From assembly GCA_041288095.1 (NCBI GenBank), contig JBGGMJ010000089.1:1-64000 (forward strand): a stretch of 64,000 bases of DNA, written 5' to 3'. The notes under the pieces are model-generated. The model saw nothing but the letters and a program-made list of their open reading frames with translations, was not told where the DNA came from and made no database searches. Numbering within the stretch: the stretch's first letter is position 1; each line of letters begins with the position of its first letter. The position numbers were made by a program, and so were the translations under genes. This document shows, piece by piece, positions 38,089 to 49,460 of the stretch. The stretch comes from Myxococcota bacterium (GTDB lineage Bacteria > Myxococcota > XYA12-FULL-58-9 > JALHOP01).

Positions 38089-38114
38089 AAAAGCGAGCAG
38101 CCAAAGCTGCTCGC
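38089..38114 (-). terminator. Intrinsic terminator of the RRM gene
   Basis: 9-bp perfect stem GCGAGCAGC/GCTGCTCGC with a 4-nt loop, followed by TTTT on the minus strand. Confidence 0.7.
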
Positions 38115-38121
38115 ATCGCCA

Positions 38122-38487
38122 TTACCAGCGGTCGCCGCCGCCGCCGCCACGGCCACCGCCGCCGCCGCCGCGTCCGCCACCACCACCGCCGCCGCCGTAG
38201 CCGCCACGGCCACCACCGCCGCCGCCGCCACCACCGCGCGGTTTGTCTTCCGCCTCGTTCACCTTGATCGTACGGCCATCGAGCTCGGCGCCGTTCATCT
38301 CCGACATGGCCTTGCGGGCGTCGTCGGGGCTACCGAACGTCACGAAGCCGAAGCCACGCGAACGACCGGTGTCGCGGTCCTGGATCACCTTGGCTTCGCT
38401 AACGGCGCCAAAGCGTTCAAATGCGCTGCGAAGGGTATCGTCATTGGTGTCCCAGCTAAGACCGCCAACAAACAACTTTTGACTCAC
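38122..38487 (-). CDS. RRM RNA-binding protein with Gly-rich tail
   Basis: RNP2 LFVGGL, RNP1 [22 protein letters not shown] tail. Confidence 0.95.
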   Translation of the reverse strand: MSQKLFVGGLSWDTNDDTLRSAFERFGAVSEAKVIQDRDTGRSRGFGFVTFGSPDDARKAMSEMNGAELDGRTIKVNEAEDKPRGGGGGGGGGRGGYGGGGGGGGRGGGGGGRGGGGGDRW

Positions 38488-38699
38488 GCTAATCCATCTC
38501 CACGGTCCCGTCTCGAAACGAACTGGACCAAGCGCGTGCTTGTCGCTCAAAAGTGAGGGTGTTTGGAACCAAAAACGTTGCACCCGGCGCCAAAAACGGC
38601 ATCGGCCCCTCGTTTTTCGCTTGTCGAGGCCGCCTTCGGTGCCAGTCTAGACCCCTGGGAAGCCCTCTGTGGGGGCCAGGTTCCCGATTTGGAGGGTAA

Positions 38700-39320
38700 A
38701 TGGGCAGCGTCCCGCGCTTTCTCCTGCACCACGCCAAGCAGACGCGCTCCGCGACGGCTATGTGGCTCCTCGAGGAGTCCCAAGCGCCCTATGAGGTGCG
38801 CCGTCACGAGCTCAAGGGCCCACGGAGCCCCGAGCACCTCGCCGCGAACCCCTATGGGAAGTTTCCAACGTTGGTCGACCGCGGCCCGGACGGCACCTGG
38901 AATTCGGCGGTCACCGAAAACGCCGCCATCGCCATGCACGTGGCCGACATGCTCCCGGCATCGCGGCTCGCGCCGAAGCTTGGTGACCGCGAACGCGGAC
39001 CATGGGTCACCTGGTGCACCCTACTCCCGGCCACGCTCGAGCCGGGTCTCATGGACATCGTGTTTCCGCGCAAGCAGGAAGCGCCGCGCAGCACGGTGGG
39101 CTGGCCTCCGTTCCCAGAAACGATCGAGCGCATCACCAACGGCTTGCGCGGCAAGCAATACCTCGTCGCCGACCGCTTCACCGCGGCGGACATCGTCATC
39201 GGCTCGTCGCTCGCCTTCTTCAAGCGCATCGGCAAGCTCCCGACGAACGAGGTGCTCGACGCCTACCTCGCTCGGCTCGAGGAACGGCCCGCGCTCAAGG
39301 CGGCGCGCGAGAAGGATTAG
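38700..39320 (+). CDS. Glutathione S-transferase family protein
   Basis: TRS...WLLEE, NPYGKFPTLVD, TENAAI, YLVADRFTAADI, RPA. Confidence 0.9.
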   Translation: MGSVPRFLLHHAKQTRSATAMWLLEESQAPYEVRRHELKGPRSPEHLAANPYGKFPTLVDRGPDGTWNSAVTENAAIAMHVADMLPASRLAPKLGDRERGPWVTWCTLLPATLEPGLMDIVFPRKQEAPRSTVGWPPFPETIERITNGLRGKQYLVADRFTAADIVIGSSLAFFKRIGKLPTNEVLDAYLARLEERPALKAAREKD

Positions 39321-39451
39321 GTTTTAGATTCTTTTGGTGGACCGAAACGAATCGGCCGCTACGGCGTACTCGTGGGCGAATCCAAAAGGGTCCAGCGCTT
39401 CGCGCTCGGGCCCATCAATCCAATTTGCTTCACGGTTTCAGGAGATCGCCC

Positions 39452-40345
39452 ATGCGACTGATGACGATGTGTTTGACGATGTGTCTCGCGGTAGCTGCAC
39501 ACGCCGCCCCGGATAACGTTTCGATGGAAGCGGAGGCGACCTACAAAGACGTTCAGATGACGCTCGGCAGTGTCCCCGGGTTCATCAAGGCGTATCCCCA
39601 AAGCTCGGTCGCCGGCGCCTGGGAGTTCTTCAAGCGGCTGCAGGTCAGCAACGAAACCGCGATCCCCCCGAAGTACAAGGAGCTGATTGGCCTCGCCGTC
39701 TCGGCACAAATCCCCTGCACGTATTGCGTGTACGCGCACACGGAGTTCGCCAAAGCGAACGGCGCCACCGACGAGGAGATCAAACACGCGGTCGCCGAAG
39801 GCTCCCTCACGCGCCTGTGGAGCACGTACATGAACGGCCTTCAGCAGGACGAAGGTGCCTTCAAGGCCGAGCTCGCCAAGGCGGTCGAGGCCATGAAGAA
39901 GATGATGGCCGCGCCGGCGCCGTCGACGGCTCAACCGGCCATGGCGATCACCGACTCGAAGAGCGCTTTCGCGGACATCGAGCGCACGTTCGGCGTCGTC
40001 CCCAGCTTCATGCGGTCCCTTCCTGACAACTTGGTGGCGCCTGCATGGAAGCAGATGAAGGCCGTCGAGGTGTCGCCGGGCGCCATCCCGCACAAATACG
40101 TCTCACTCATCAGCCTCGCCGTCGCGTCGCAGATCCCGTGCCGCTATTGCGTCCTGGCGGACAACGAGTTCTCGAAGCTTGGCGGCGCGTCCGACGCGGA
40201 GACCAAAGAGGCCGTTCTCATGGCGGCGCATACCCGGCACTGGAGCACGTACCTGAACGGCATTCAGTACGATCAGCGCAAGTTCCAAAAGGAAGTCGAC
40301 CAGATCATCGCGGCAGCGAAGAAGAACGCGAAGCCCAAGGCGTAG
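39452..40345 (+). CDS. Secreted tandem AhpD/carboxymuconolactone decarboxylase-family protein
   Basis: AGGAG RBS and signal peptide. Two repeats: LAVSAQIPCTYCVYAH and LAVASQIPCRYCVLAD, each with WSTY.NG.Q.D. Confidence 0.85.
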   Translation: MRLMTMCLTMCLAVAAHAAPDNVSMEAEATYKDVQMTLGSVPGFIKAYPQSSVAGAWEFFKRLQVSNETAIPPKYKELIGLAVSAQIPCTYCVYAHTEFAKANGATDEEIKHAVAEGSLTRLWSTYMNGLQQDEGAFKAELAKAVEAMKKMMAAPAPSTAQPAMAITDSKSAFADIERTFGVVPSFMRSLPDNLVAPAWKQMKAVEVSPGAIPHKYVSLISLAVASQIPCRYCVLADNEFSKLGGASDAETKEAVLMAAHTRHWSTYLNGIQYDQRKFQKEVDQIIAAAKKNAKPKA

Positions 40346-40421
40346 TAAGACCGGCGAGACGGCCCGGGCCGGCATGAACTGGCTCGGGCGTCGAACCGGC
40401 GACCCCGTGTACACTCCCGAT

Positions 40422-41993
40422 GTGCCGCGCTTAAAGTCCGTTAGCTCGCTCATCGTCGTAACGGCGGCGCTCGCGGTTTGCGGCAGGAGTGGCTACGAAC
40501 AGGTCTGCGAGCTCGGCCTCTGCGCGCAAGCCGGCGAGCGTTGCATCGACGCCCGCGATTGCTCGAGCGGAGCCTGCGCCGACGGTGTCTGCTGCGATTC
40601 GCCGTGCACCGAGGTGTGCAGCGCCTGTGTCGGCGCGCTAACCGGCTCGACCACCGGAGTCTGCCGGCCCATCCGCGTCGGCTTCACCGATGCGATGAAC
40701 GCAATCTGCTCGGCGGACGGCACCGGCTGCACGGGCGCCGCCTGCGCCTGCGACGGTGAACAAGGTCCCGAGCATTGTCGCATCGCGGAAGGCACGGAGT
40801 GCAGTCAGCACAGTGACTGCGCGACGGACTCCTGCACGAGCGGACAATGCGGCGTCGATCCGTGCTTCGCGGCCCCGAACGGTGGCTGCGACGTCAACGC
40901 CGTGTGCACGAGCGACCAGGGCACCGCGAGCTGCGCCTGTGACCCGGGCTTCACCGGCGACGGCTTCGCCTGTACCGACATCGACGAGTGTTTGGTCGCC
41001 AACGGCGGCTGCGGCGCCAACGCCACCTGCACCAACACCCCGGGCAGCTTCACCTGCCAATGCGACCAGGGCTTCGTGGGCGACGGCCAGACCTGCTTTG
41101 CGCCAGCACCCGGCTGTGACGCCTCGGGTACGACGGTTAGCTGCGCCGTCCCGGGCTCGTACACCTTCACAGTGCCCGCGGGAGTGTCCGCTATTACGGT
41201 CAAGGCGTGGGGAGGTGGCGGTGGTGGTGGCGGCGGTTGGAACGAGAATGGCGGCGACGGTGGCGGCGCGGCCTACGCCGCGGGTACCATGACGGTGTCC
41301 GCGGGGACGACCTTCACGCTGATCGTTGGTGGTGGCGGTGGCGCGGGCAACGTGACCTTCGCCGGCGGCGGTGGTGGCGGTGGCTCGAGCGCCCTGCTGC
41401 TCGCATCCGCGCGCGTGCTCGTCGCCGCCGGTGGGGGTGGCGGTGGTGGTGGTTGGAACGGCGTCTCGGGAGCGGGCGGCGCGGGGGGCGGTACGGTCGG
41501 CACCGCCGGCGGCAACACCGCTCAGGCCGGTGGCGGTGGCGGCGCATCACAATCGCTAGGGGGCACGGCCGGCACGGGCGACTTCACCGCGGGCAGCGCG
41601 GGGGCGGCCGGCGCAGGGGGTCAGGGAGCACAGTCCGGATCGATGAACAACGGCGCGGGCGGCGTATCGGCCGACTGTCCAGGCGGTGGGCCTGGTGCCG
41701 CGTGCGACTACAGCGGCGGCGGTGGTGGCGGCGGCGGTTACTTCGGCGGCGGCGGCGGATCATGCGGTAGTGGCGGAGGCGGTGGCGGAGGCGGTTCGAG
41801 CTTCGCGGCCCTCTCGGTGACTGGGTCGACGCTCACGGCCGGCAGCGGATCGACAGCCGCCAACAACGGCGACCCAGTGCTTCCGGTAGGGGCCGCCAAG
41901 GGTGGCGGCGGCGGCGTGAGCTCGTCGACTCCCGGCGCGCCCGGCAGTGACGGTGGTGACGGCGTAGTGGTCGTCGTGTGGCCTTCGTCGTAG
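40422..41993 (+). CDS. Lipoprotein with Cys-rich, Ca-binding EGF and glycine-rich domains
   Basis: [80 protein letters not shown]. Confidence 0.8.
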   Translation: MPRLKSVSSLIVVTAALAVCGRSGYEQVCELGLCAQAGERCIDARDCSSGACADGVCCDSPCTEVCSACVGALTGSTTGVCRPIRVGFTDAMNAICSADGTGCTGAACACDGEQGPEHCRIAEGTECSQHSDCATDSCTSGQCGVDPCFAAPNGGCDVNAVCTSDQGTASCACDPGFTGDGFACTDIDECLVANGGCGANATCTNTPGSFTCQCDQGFVGDGQTCFAPAPGCDASGTTVSCAVPGSYTFTVPAGVSAITVKAWGGGGGGGGGWNENGGDGGGAAYAAGTMTVSAGTTFTLIVGGGGGAGNVTFAGGGGGGGSSALLLASARVLVAAGGGGGGGGWNGVSGAGGAGGGTVGTAGGNTAQAGGGGGASQSLGGTAGTGDFTAGSAGAAGAGGQGAQSGSMNNGAGGVSADCPGGGPGAACDYSGGGGGGGGYFGGGGGSCGSGGGGGGGGSSFAALSVTGSTLTAGSGSTAANNGDPVLPVGAAKGGGGGVSSSTPGAPGSDGGDGVVVVVWPSS

Positions 41994-42001
41994 AGTCGCG
42001 C

Positions 42002-42490
42002 ATGGTGCTCGTACTCCTCACGCTCCTCATCGCGGCCCCCGAATGTGAGCCGCTGCCGGTGCCAACGCGCGTCGACGTCTACGCCTACGACCTCATGTGG
42101 GAAGCAAAGCAGATGCCCTGCATGCCGACGCATGAGAACCGGGAGTGCGACAAAACGAAGAAGCCGCTCAAGCTCTCGAAGGACAAGACGGCCAAGCTGA
42201 ACGCCCTACTCCGCAATAGCGGCAACTACCGGGGCCGTGAACAGATGAAGTGCTTCGAGCCGCGCCACACGCTGGTGTTCTACTACGGGTCGTCGCTGCT
42301 CGATGTCTACGACGTCTGCCTGACCTGCCATAACGTCGAGGTCGCCGGCAGCAATCCATTCGTCGGCTGCGAGCCGCCGAAAGACGATGCACAGAAGCGC
42401 TTCACCTTCACAGCGGAGGCGTATGAGCAGCTGCGCACGACCCTGGTCGCGGGCAAGGTGAAGTACATTCCATCCGAGGCCAAGGATTAG
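42002..42490 (+). CDS. Hypothetical secreted protein with CFxPRH...CxxC motif
   Basis: Hydrophobic N-terminus, KCFEPRHTLVFY...DVCLTCHN. Confidence 0.6.
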   Translation: MVLVLLTLLIAAPECEPLPVPTRVDVYAYDLMWEAKQMPCMPTHENRECDKTKKPLKLSKDKTAKLNALLRNSGNYRGREQMKCFEPRHTLVFYYGSSLLDVYDVCLTCHNVEVAGSNPFVGCEPPKDDAQKRFTFTAEAYEQLRTTLVAGKVKYIPSEAKD

Positions 42491-42504
42491 GCATACTCTC
42501 CGGC

Positions 42505-44391
42505 ATGCTCTCGCGAGTCCTGCTGCTCACGACCTTGGCGCTGTTCCTCGTCCGTTGTAGCGGAAGCTCCACTCCCGACGGCGACGGCCATGATGATGAT
42601 GATGACGGCGACGAGTCACTCGTCTTCTCAAGCTGCGACACCACTCCGCACGGCGGCACCGACGAGCGCGAATGCTACACCGCCGCCACAGTCCCGTTCG
42701 GCGGCACGTGCGCGCTGACCACGCAGACCCGCACCTGCGCCAACGGCGCCTGGAGCCCCGATTTCCCGGAGTCCTGCCTTGCTTCGTGCACGGTCGCCGC
42801 AGCGGACGCCTGCGGGATCACCGCCAACGGCGACAGCGAGAGCCGCACCTGCTACGGCGCGGCCGTGGTGCCCTTCGGCTCGACGTGCACTTCCGCGGAA
42901 CATACGCGGACGTGCGCGAATGGTACCTGGACCCCCGATTGGCCGTCCTGCGCCTATCTCTCCTGCGAGGTCGCGCCAGCCGCCGCCTGCGACGGTCAAC
43001 CGCACGGCACCGTCGAGAACCGCACCTGCTACAGCGCGGCCAGCGTGCCTCCCGGTCAGACCTGCGGCGGCACCAACCAGAGCCGCACCTGCGACGATGG
43101 CGATTGGAGCTCGGGCTACGCGAGTTGCCCGTACCTTACGTGCGTCGTGGAGGCAGGCGCGCGCTGCGGGAGCACTCTGCATGACGCCTATGAATCGCGC
43201 GCGTGCTACGCCGCGAGCGCCGTCGCTTTTGCCAACGAGTGCACGTTCGCGTGGCAAGATCGCCTCTGCGACGACGGCGGCTGGTCGCCCGACTACTCGA
43301 GTTGCGCGAACCTCACCTGCTCCGTCGGCGCACCTCCCGACTACAGCTCGGAGCACGGCTGGCTCGTCGACGGCACGGGCTGCACACCTTCGACCGATGA
43401 GCGGGAGTATGACGCTATAGCGGTCGGGAGCGGCGCGGTTTACGTCTCGTACCGACTCGACCTGTCCCATGTCCTCCACAAGCTCGATGCCGTGACCGGC
43501 GCGGGCCTCGACAGCGACCAGGGCAACGGCACCGGGGGCGCCGGCGTCGTCGCTGACGCGACCGGCGTCTACTCGGCCGGCTGGGTGAACCAGCATGGCT
43601 ATCTCGAGAAACGGGACCTCGCGACACTGGATCACATCGCGGGCTTCGGGACCTACGCGACGGGCGTGCGCCGGTTCGACAACGAGCCCATCCTGCGGCT
43701 CGAAGGTCGCGACTCGCAGCTCTGGCTACTCGTCGAGCGCTACACCGCCAGCGGCTACGACTGGTACCTCACGAAGGTCGGCGGCGCCGATGCGATCACG
43801 GACACAGGCTTCGGCACTTCGGGGATCGCCCTCACGACCTACAAGCGGGGCTTGAGTGAAGCGCGCCCCGCGTTCGATGTCGTGCTCGGCGCGACGCACC
43901 TCTACTTCGTGGTGCGCATCGACAACTTCTACATCCGCATCGAAAAGCGCGACCTCGCGAGCGGCGCCCTCGCCTCCGGGTTCGGCGACGGCGGCATTCT
44001 CACCATGTTCGCGCAGCGTGAGGGCACGCCCGCATCGGTGGCCGTCTTCGAGCACCTCGGCCGCTTGTACGTCGGCAGCAGCCACGACCTCTGGCAGCTC
44101 AACAACGGGCGAGGAAACGTCATCTGGGGTTACGACTCCGGCGCCGTCACGAGCGACATCATCGCCGACGCCACCGGCGTTTACATCGACGACCGCATCA
44201 AGCTGAGCCACGACGGCGTGCCACTATGGACGAGCACCGCCCTCGCGGCGCGCAACACCTCACTGGCAATCGACGGTCACTGGCTCTACGCCGCCGGCAA
44301 CCACGCGTACACATCGACGTTGTGCAGCAACATGCGGTACCGCCAGACAGCGGGCAGGCAGAGTCGCCATGACGGAATGCTGCATCCCTGA
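42505..44391 (+). CDS. Lipoprotein with four Cys-rich repeats and a beta-propeller C-terminus
   Basis: LVRC lipobox-like motif, repeats, and DTGFGTSGI/ASGFGDGGI motifs. Confidence 0.75.
   Translation: MLSRVLLLTTLALFLVRCSGSSTPDGDGHDDDDDGDESLVFSSCDTTPHGGTDERECYTAATVPFGGTCALTTQTRTCANGAWSPDFPESCLASCTVAAADACGITANGDSESRTCYGAAVVPFGSTCTSAEHTRTCANGTWTPDWPSCAYLSCEVAPAAACDGQPHGTVENRTCYSAASVPPGQTCGGTNQSRTCDDGDWSSGYASCPYLTCVVEAGARCGSTLHDAYESRACYAASAVAFANECTFAWQDRLCDDGGWSPDYSSCANLTCSVGAPPDYSSEHGWLVDGTGCTPSTDEREYDAIAVGSGAVYVSYRLDLSHVLHKLDAVTGAGLDSDQGNGTGGAGVVADATGVYSAGWVNQHGYLEKRDLATLDHIAGFGTYATGVRRFDNEPILRLEGRDSQLWLLVERYTASGYDWYLTKVGGADAITDTGFGTSGIALTTYKRGLSEARPAFDVVLGATHLYFVVRIDNFYIRIEKRDLASGALASGFGDGGILTMFAQREGTPASVAVFEHLGRLYVGSSHDLWQLNNGRGNVIWGYDSGAVTSDIIADATGVYIDDRIKLSHDGVPLWTSTALAARNTSLAIDGHWLYAAGNHAYTSTLCSNMRYRQTAGRQSRHDGMLHP
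42631..43338 (+). repeat. Four tandem coding repeats of about 59 aa (177 bp), six Cys each
   Basis: C...HG..E.R.CY.A..VP.G.TC....Q.RTC..G.WS.....C....C.V repeated four times. Confidence 0.85.
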
Positions 44392-44399
44392 GGGTCCGC

Positions 44400-44822
44400 C
44401 TACTTGGCGTCTTTGACCGGCCCGAGGACGCCGTCTGGACTGATGCGAACCTTCAGGACCGCTCGCTCCTCTGGCGGCCGCTCGCGCATGCCCGACCGAG
44501 GCTTGTAGGTGGCGTCGAGGCGTACCCCGCCATCGTCCTCGAGCTTCGCCTTGAGGTTCTCGAGGTTCTCCTCCGAGACGGCTTGCATCCAGGTCAGCGC
44601 GATCGCCGTGCGCTTCTTGCGATCAGCCCAGCCCGCCTTCGTGAGCGCCGGCAGAACGTGGGTGAAGTCCTCGTACTTCTTTCCGTCCACGGTGTAGTGC
44701 GACAGGACGCAGCCCGCGTCGTGGGCAAAGGCCGAGGTCACGACGACGCCGGGAAAGCCGTCGATCGGCTCGTCGATGCAGCCTAAGGAGAGCAGCAAAG
44801 CGGTGAAGAGCGAAGGGAGCAT
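44400..44822 (-). CDS. Hypothetical lipoprotein
   Basis: MLPSLFTALLLSLGC lipobox. Confidence 0.6.
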   Translation of the reverse strand: MLPSLFTALLLSLGCIDEPIDGFPGVVVTSAFAHDAGCVLSHYTVDGKKYEDFTHVLPALTKAGWADRKKRTAIALTWMQAVSEENLENLKAKLEDDGGVRLDATYKPRSGMRERPPEERAVLKVRISPDGVLGPVKDAK

Positions 44823-44859
44823 GGCCCCGTTCTAGCACGACCGTTGGGTCGCTCGCTGG

Positions 44860-46143
<1,284 letters not shown>

Positions 46144-46369
46144 GAGACACACTTCTTTCCGGAGGTCCCCCTGGTACGCGAGCGGCGCACAACAAGCAAA
46201 CGTTGTCGGCGTTGGTCGAAACAAAAGAAGGCAGACGTCGCAGACATGCGACACATGGTGGCCCCGACCCCCCGCCCCGCCCTGTTTAACGCCTCGCACC
46301 GCGGTTTCTGCGCACCCAGCGCTTCGGCACGCATCCTGCTCACACGATCGCGACGCCGAAAGGATCCGC

Positions 46370-48007
46370 ATGCGTAGTCTCGCCCTGGCATCAGCAATAG
46401 CGCTTACGAGCTGCACCGGCGTCATCGGTGACGGGCTGGAAGGCTCCGAGCCCGCGCCCTACTCCGGCCCCATCTTCGGCGATGCTCGCGCGCTGGGCCC
46501 GAGCACCATGCGCCGCCTATCGCGCGCCGAATACGCCGCGGCCGTAACCGTGGTGACCGGCGAATCGCCGACCGCCGCCGAGCTCGCGACGTTGCCCGCC
46601 GACTCTGTCTCACCGTTCGACAACGACCTGACGGGTCAGGCTCCATCAGCCGCGCTCGTCGAGGCCGTCCGCTCGCTCGCAGCCGCGATCACCGAGCGGG
46701 TGTTCGCGGATCCCGGGAAACGCGCGGCAATCCTCGGTTGTGCTCCGACCGGCCCCAATGACACCAGTTGCCTGCGACAATTCATCGCCCAACGTGGCCG
46801 CTTGGCCCTGCGCCGTCCGCTCACGAGCGACGAGATCGACGCCTACGCGGGCACGGTAGGCCTCGCGATGGACGCCAACGACTTTTCCGTCGCCGCCCGC
46901 GTGGTCTTGCAAGCGTTCCTGCAAGACATGGAGCTCCTGTACCGCATCGAGCTCGGCACGCCGACCTCGCAAGACGCCAACGTCATCGCGCTAGGACCTT
47001 TCGAGATCGCCGCACGACTCAGCTTCACCCTCTGGGGGGCGCCGCCCGACGATGCGCTCCTCGATGCGGCGGCGAGCGGCGTCTTGGACAGTCAGCAAGG
47101 GCTTCGCGACACCGCCACGGCCATGCTCGGCGACGAGCGCGCCATCGCCCGCGTCAGTCGCTTTCACGCCATGTGGCTCGGTTACGAGGACATGCCGCAT
47201 GCCCCGGAGCAGGCAGCCGTGTTCCGTCGCGAGACCGATACCCTCGTGCGCCGCGTCGTCTTCGATGAGCGCGCATCGTGGCTCGATCTCTTCCGCGCCG
47301 AGGAAACCTTCATCGACGACAAGCTCGCGGTTCACTACGGCCTCGCATCGACCGGTGAAGCCCAAGCGACTTGGAGATCTTACGAGGCAACCGGCCGGCG
47401 CGGGCTCCTCTCGCACGCCAGCGTGCTCTCGAACGGCGGCAGCGGCGGCGGTGACACGAGCGTCATCAGACGCGGTCTCTTCGTGCGCAACCGCCTGCTC
47501 TGCGACGAAATCCCGCCACCACCACCCGAGCTCGACGTCAACGTCGACCAGCCGCCGGCTCCGGGGCCGAACGACTGCAAGCAAGACGTCATCGCGCGGC
47601 ACAGCACCGACGCTGCGTGCTCCGCCTGTCACGCGCTCATCGACCCCATCGGCCGAGGCCTCGAGCGCTTCGATCTCGCCGGTCGTTTCCGCACCCACGA
47701 GCCCGGCAAGGACTTCTGCCCACTCGATGGCGTCGGCAGCCTCGACTCGCAAGGACAATTCGAGGGCCCGGCGGGCCTCGCGGATCTCTTGCTGGAGTCC
47801 GAGCTGCTCGACGCGTGTGTCGTCGAGCAGGTGCTGCGCTTCACCGCGGGGCGCAAGACCATGCGGGCCGACAAGGAGCGTCTCGCCGAGACCGTGAGCT
47901 GGTGGCGAGGCGCGGGACTCCAGCTCGACACCCTGCTCGTCGAGATCGTCGCATCACCAGCGTTTCGTCATCGAGTCATCGCAGCGGAGGATCAAGTATG
48001 GCGCTAA
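46370..48007 (+). CDS. DUF1592/DUF1588-type lipoprotein with a CxxCH motif
   Basis: LTSC lipobox, [57 protein letters not shown]. Confidence 0.88.
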   Translation: MRSLALASAIALTSCTGVIGDGLEGSEPAPYSGPIFGDARALGPSTMRRLSRAEYAAAVTVVTGESPTAAELATLPADSVSPFDNDLTGQAPSAALVEAVRSLAAAITERVFADPGKRAAILGCAPTGPNDTSCLRQFIAQRGRLALRRPLTSDEIDAYAGTVGLAMDANDFSVAARVVLQAFLQDMELLYRIELGTPTSQDANVIALGPFEIAARLSFTLWGAPPDDALLDAAASGVLDSQQGLRDTATAMLGDERAIARVSRFHAMWLGYEDMPHAPEQAAVFRRETDTLVRRVVFDERASWLDLFRAEETFIDDKLAVHYGLASTGEAQATWRSYEATGRRGLLSHASVLSNGGSGGGDTSVIRRGLFVRNRLLCDEIPPPPPELDVNVDQPPAPGPNDCKQDVIARHSTDAACSACHALIDPIGRGLERFDLAGRFRTHEPGKDFCPLDGVGSLDSQGQFEGPAGLADLLLESELLDACVVEQVLRFTAGRKTMRADKERLAETVSWWRGAGLQLDTLLVEIVASPAFRHRVIAAEDQVWR

Positions 48008-49458
48008 AGCTCGCACGTCGTTCGTTTCTCAAAGGCATCGGCGGCGCGGTCATCGGCTTGCCGCTCCTCGAGGTGATGGTGCCGAGCCGCGCCTTGGCGC
48101 AAACCGTCGCGCCAGTCCGCTATGTCGTTGCCTTCGGCGGCATGTCGCTGGGCGGCGATTGCGGTGTGAACCCCGCGACCAACGTGATCCCCGCTGCGAC
48201 CGGCGCTGGCTACCAACTCACGCGCGGCTTGCGGGCGCTGGGCGGGCGCGGCAGCGACGCAACCAAGTACCCATGGGAGAGCATCAAGAACCTGGTGACT
48301 GTCGTGAGCGGATTGCGCATCCCCGTCGAGACGGCCGGGAGCATTCCAACCGGCGGCCGCGTCTCGGCGTTTCATTCGAGCACCATGGCGCCACTGCTCG
48401 CCGGCACCAAGGCGACCCAGCAACTGTCGGAGCCCACGGCGCCAAGCTCGGATCAGCTCGCCGCCGCGACTCTCAGAGGCAGCAGTCGCTTCGCGTCGCT
48501 CCAGTATCGCGTCCAAGCGCAGCAGTACCACGGTGGTGTCGCCGTCCAGAGCCGCATCTCGTACGCTCGCAACTCGTCTGGCGCCATCGTCCCACTCGAC
48601 CCCATCGCCTCGCCACGGCTCGCGTACGAGCAGCTCTTCACTGACTTCAGCGCTCCAGCGACATCCGACCCCGAGGAAGTAGCGGCGCGCCGGCGTGCCC
48701 TCGAGCAACAGCGCAGCGTCATCGACCTGGTGCGTGGCTCATCGGATCGCTTGCAGTCGCGCCTCGGCAGGAGTGACCGCCTCCGCCTCGAGCGCCACTT
48801 CGACGAGATCCGCGCCATCGAGCAGAGGCTCACGGCGATCCCGAGCGACCCTCTGCCCGGCAGTGTCTGCGTGGTGCCGCCGCATCCCGGCAACGACCCC
48901 GCCGCGACCTACACGGCCAACAACGAAGGCTTGATCATGGGCTGGTCGGACGAGACCAGGCGCGGGCGCGTCTTGAGCGACCTCGTGCACATGGCGCTGG
49001 CATGCGACCAGACGCGCGTGGCCAGCATGATGATCACTTACGCGCAAACGTACATGAGCGCGCAGGCGCTCTTCGGGGCCCGCTGCGACATCCACGAGCT
49101 GGGGCACTGCGCCGGCAGCCCAGGCCAGATGTCGGATGCGGTCTCTTGGCACGTCGAGCACTGGGCCTATCTCATCGACAAGCTGCGCGGCACGCCCGAG
49201 GGCGACGGCACGCTCCTCGACAACACCGTTTTAGCGTTGGTCTTCGAGGGTGGCTCGATTCTCGGCTCCGATGGCTCACACTCTTCCGACCGTATGATGG
49301 CGTTGGTCGCCGGGCGGCCGAGCAAGCTCAAGCTGGGGCTGCACGTCGCCACCAACAACGCGCACCCGGCGAGCGTGTTGCTCTCGTGCGTTCGCGCGGC
49401 GGGCGTCAGCGGGCCCATGGGCGACATCAGTCAGCCGCTCGGCGAGCTCCTCGTCTGA
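47998..49458 (+). CDS. DUF1552 family Tat-exported protein
   Basis: GGAGG RBS, LARRSFLKG...LPLLE.M, SVIDLV, D..RLE.H...IR.IE, ALACDQTRVAS, TLLDNT. Confidence 0.88.
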   Translation: MALKLARRSFLKGIGGAVIGLPLLEVMVPSRALAQTVAPVRYVVAFGGMSLGGDCGVNPATNVIPAATGAGYQLTRGLRALGGRGSDATKYPWESIKNLVTVVSGLRIPVETAGSIPTGGRVSAFHSSTMAPLLAGTKATQQLSEPTAPSSDQLAAATLRGSSRFASLQYRVQAQQYHGGVAVQSRISYARNSSGAIVPLDPIASPRLAYEQLFTDFSAPATSDPEEVAARRRALEQQRSVIDLVRGSSDRLQSRLGRSDRLRLERHFDEIRAIEQRLTAIPSDPLPGSVCVVPPHPGNDPAATYTANNEGLIMGWSDETRRGRVLSDLVHMALACDQTRVASMMITYAQTYMSAQALFGARCDIHELGHCAGSPGQMSDAVSWHVEHWAYLIDKLRGTPEGDGTLLDNTVLALVFEGGSILGSDGSHSSDRMMALVAGRPSKLKLGLHVATNNAHPASVLLSCVRAAGVSGPMGDISQPLGELLV

Positions 49459-49460
49459 CC

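Noticed and set aside
37910..38090. c-di-GMP riboswitch upstream of the EAL gene
   Set aside because: I could not find the conserved GEMM-I or class II core by eye. Kept only as an unassigned hairpin.
38128..38235. GCC/ACC trinucleotide run that looks like a microsatellite
   Set aside because: Encodes the Gly-rich tail of the RRM protein. The runs at 41210-41920 likewise encode a Gly-rich domain.
42318..42332. CLTCH as a c-type heme site
   Set aside because: It sits within a CFxPRH...CxxC pattern more consistent with a metal or disulfide site, and no other cytochrome features are visible.
42631..43338. Regularly spaced repeats as a possible CRISPR array
   Set aside because: They are degenerate in-frame protein repeats with no identical direct repeats or unique spacers, and no cas genes are present.
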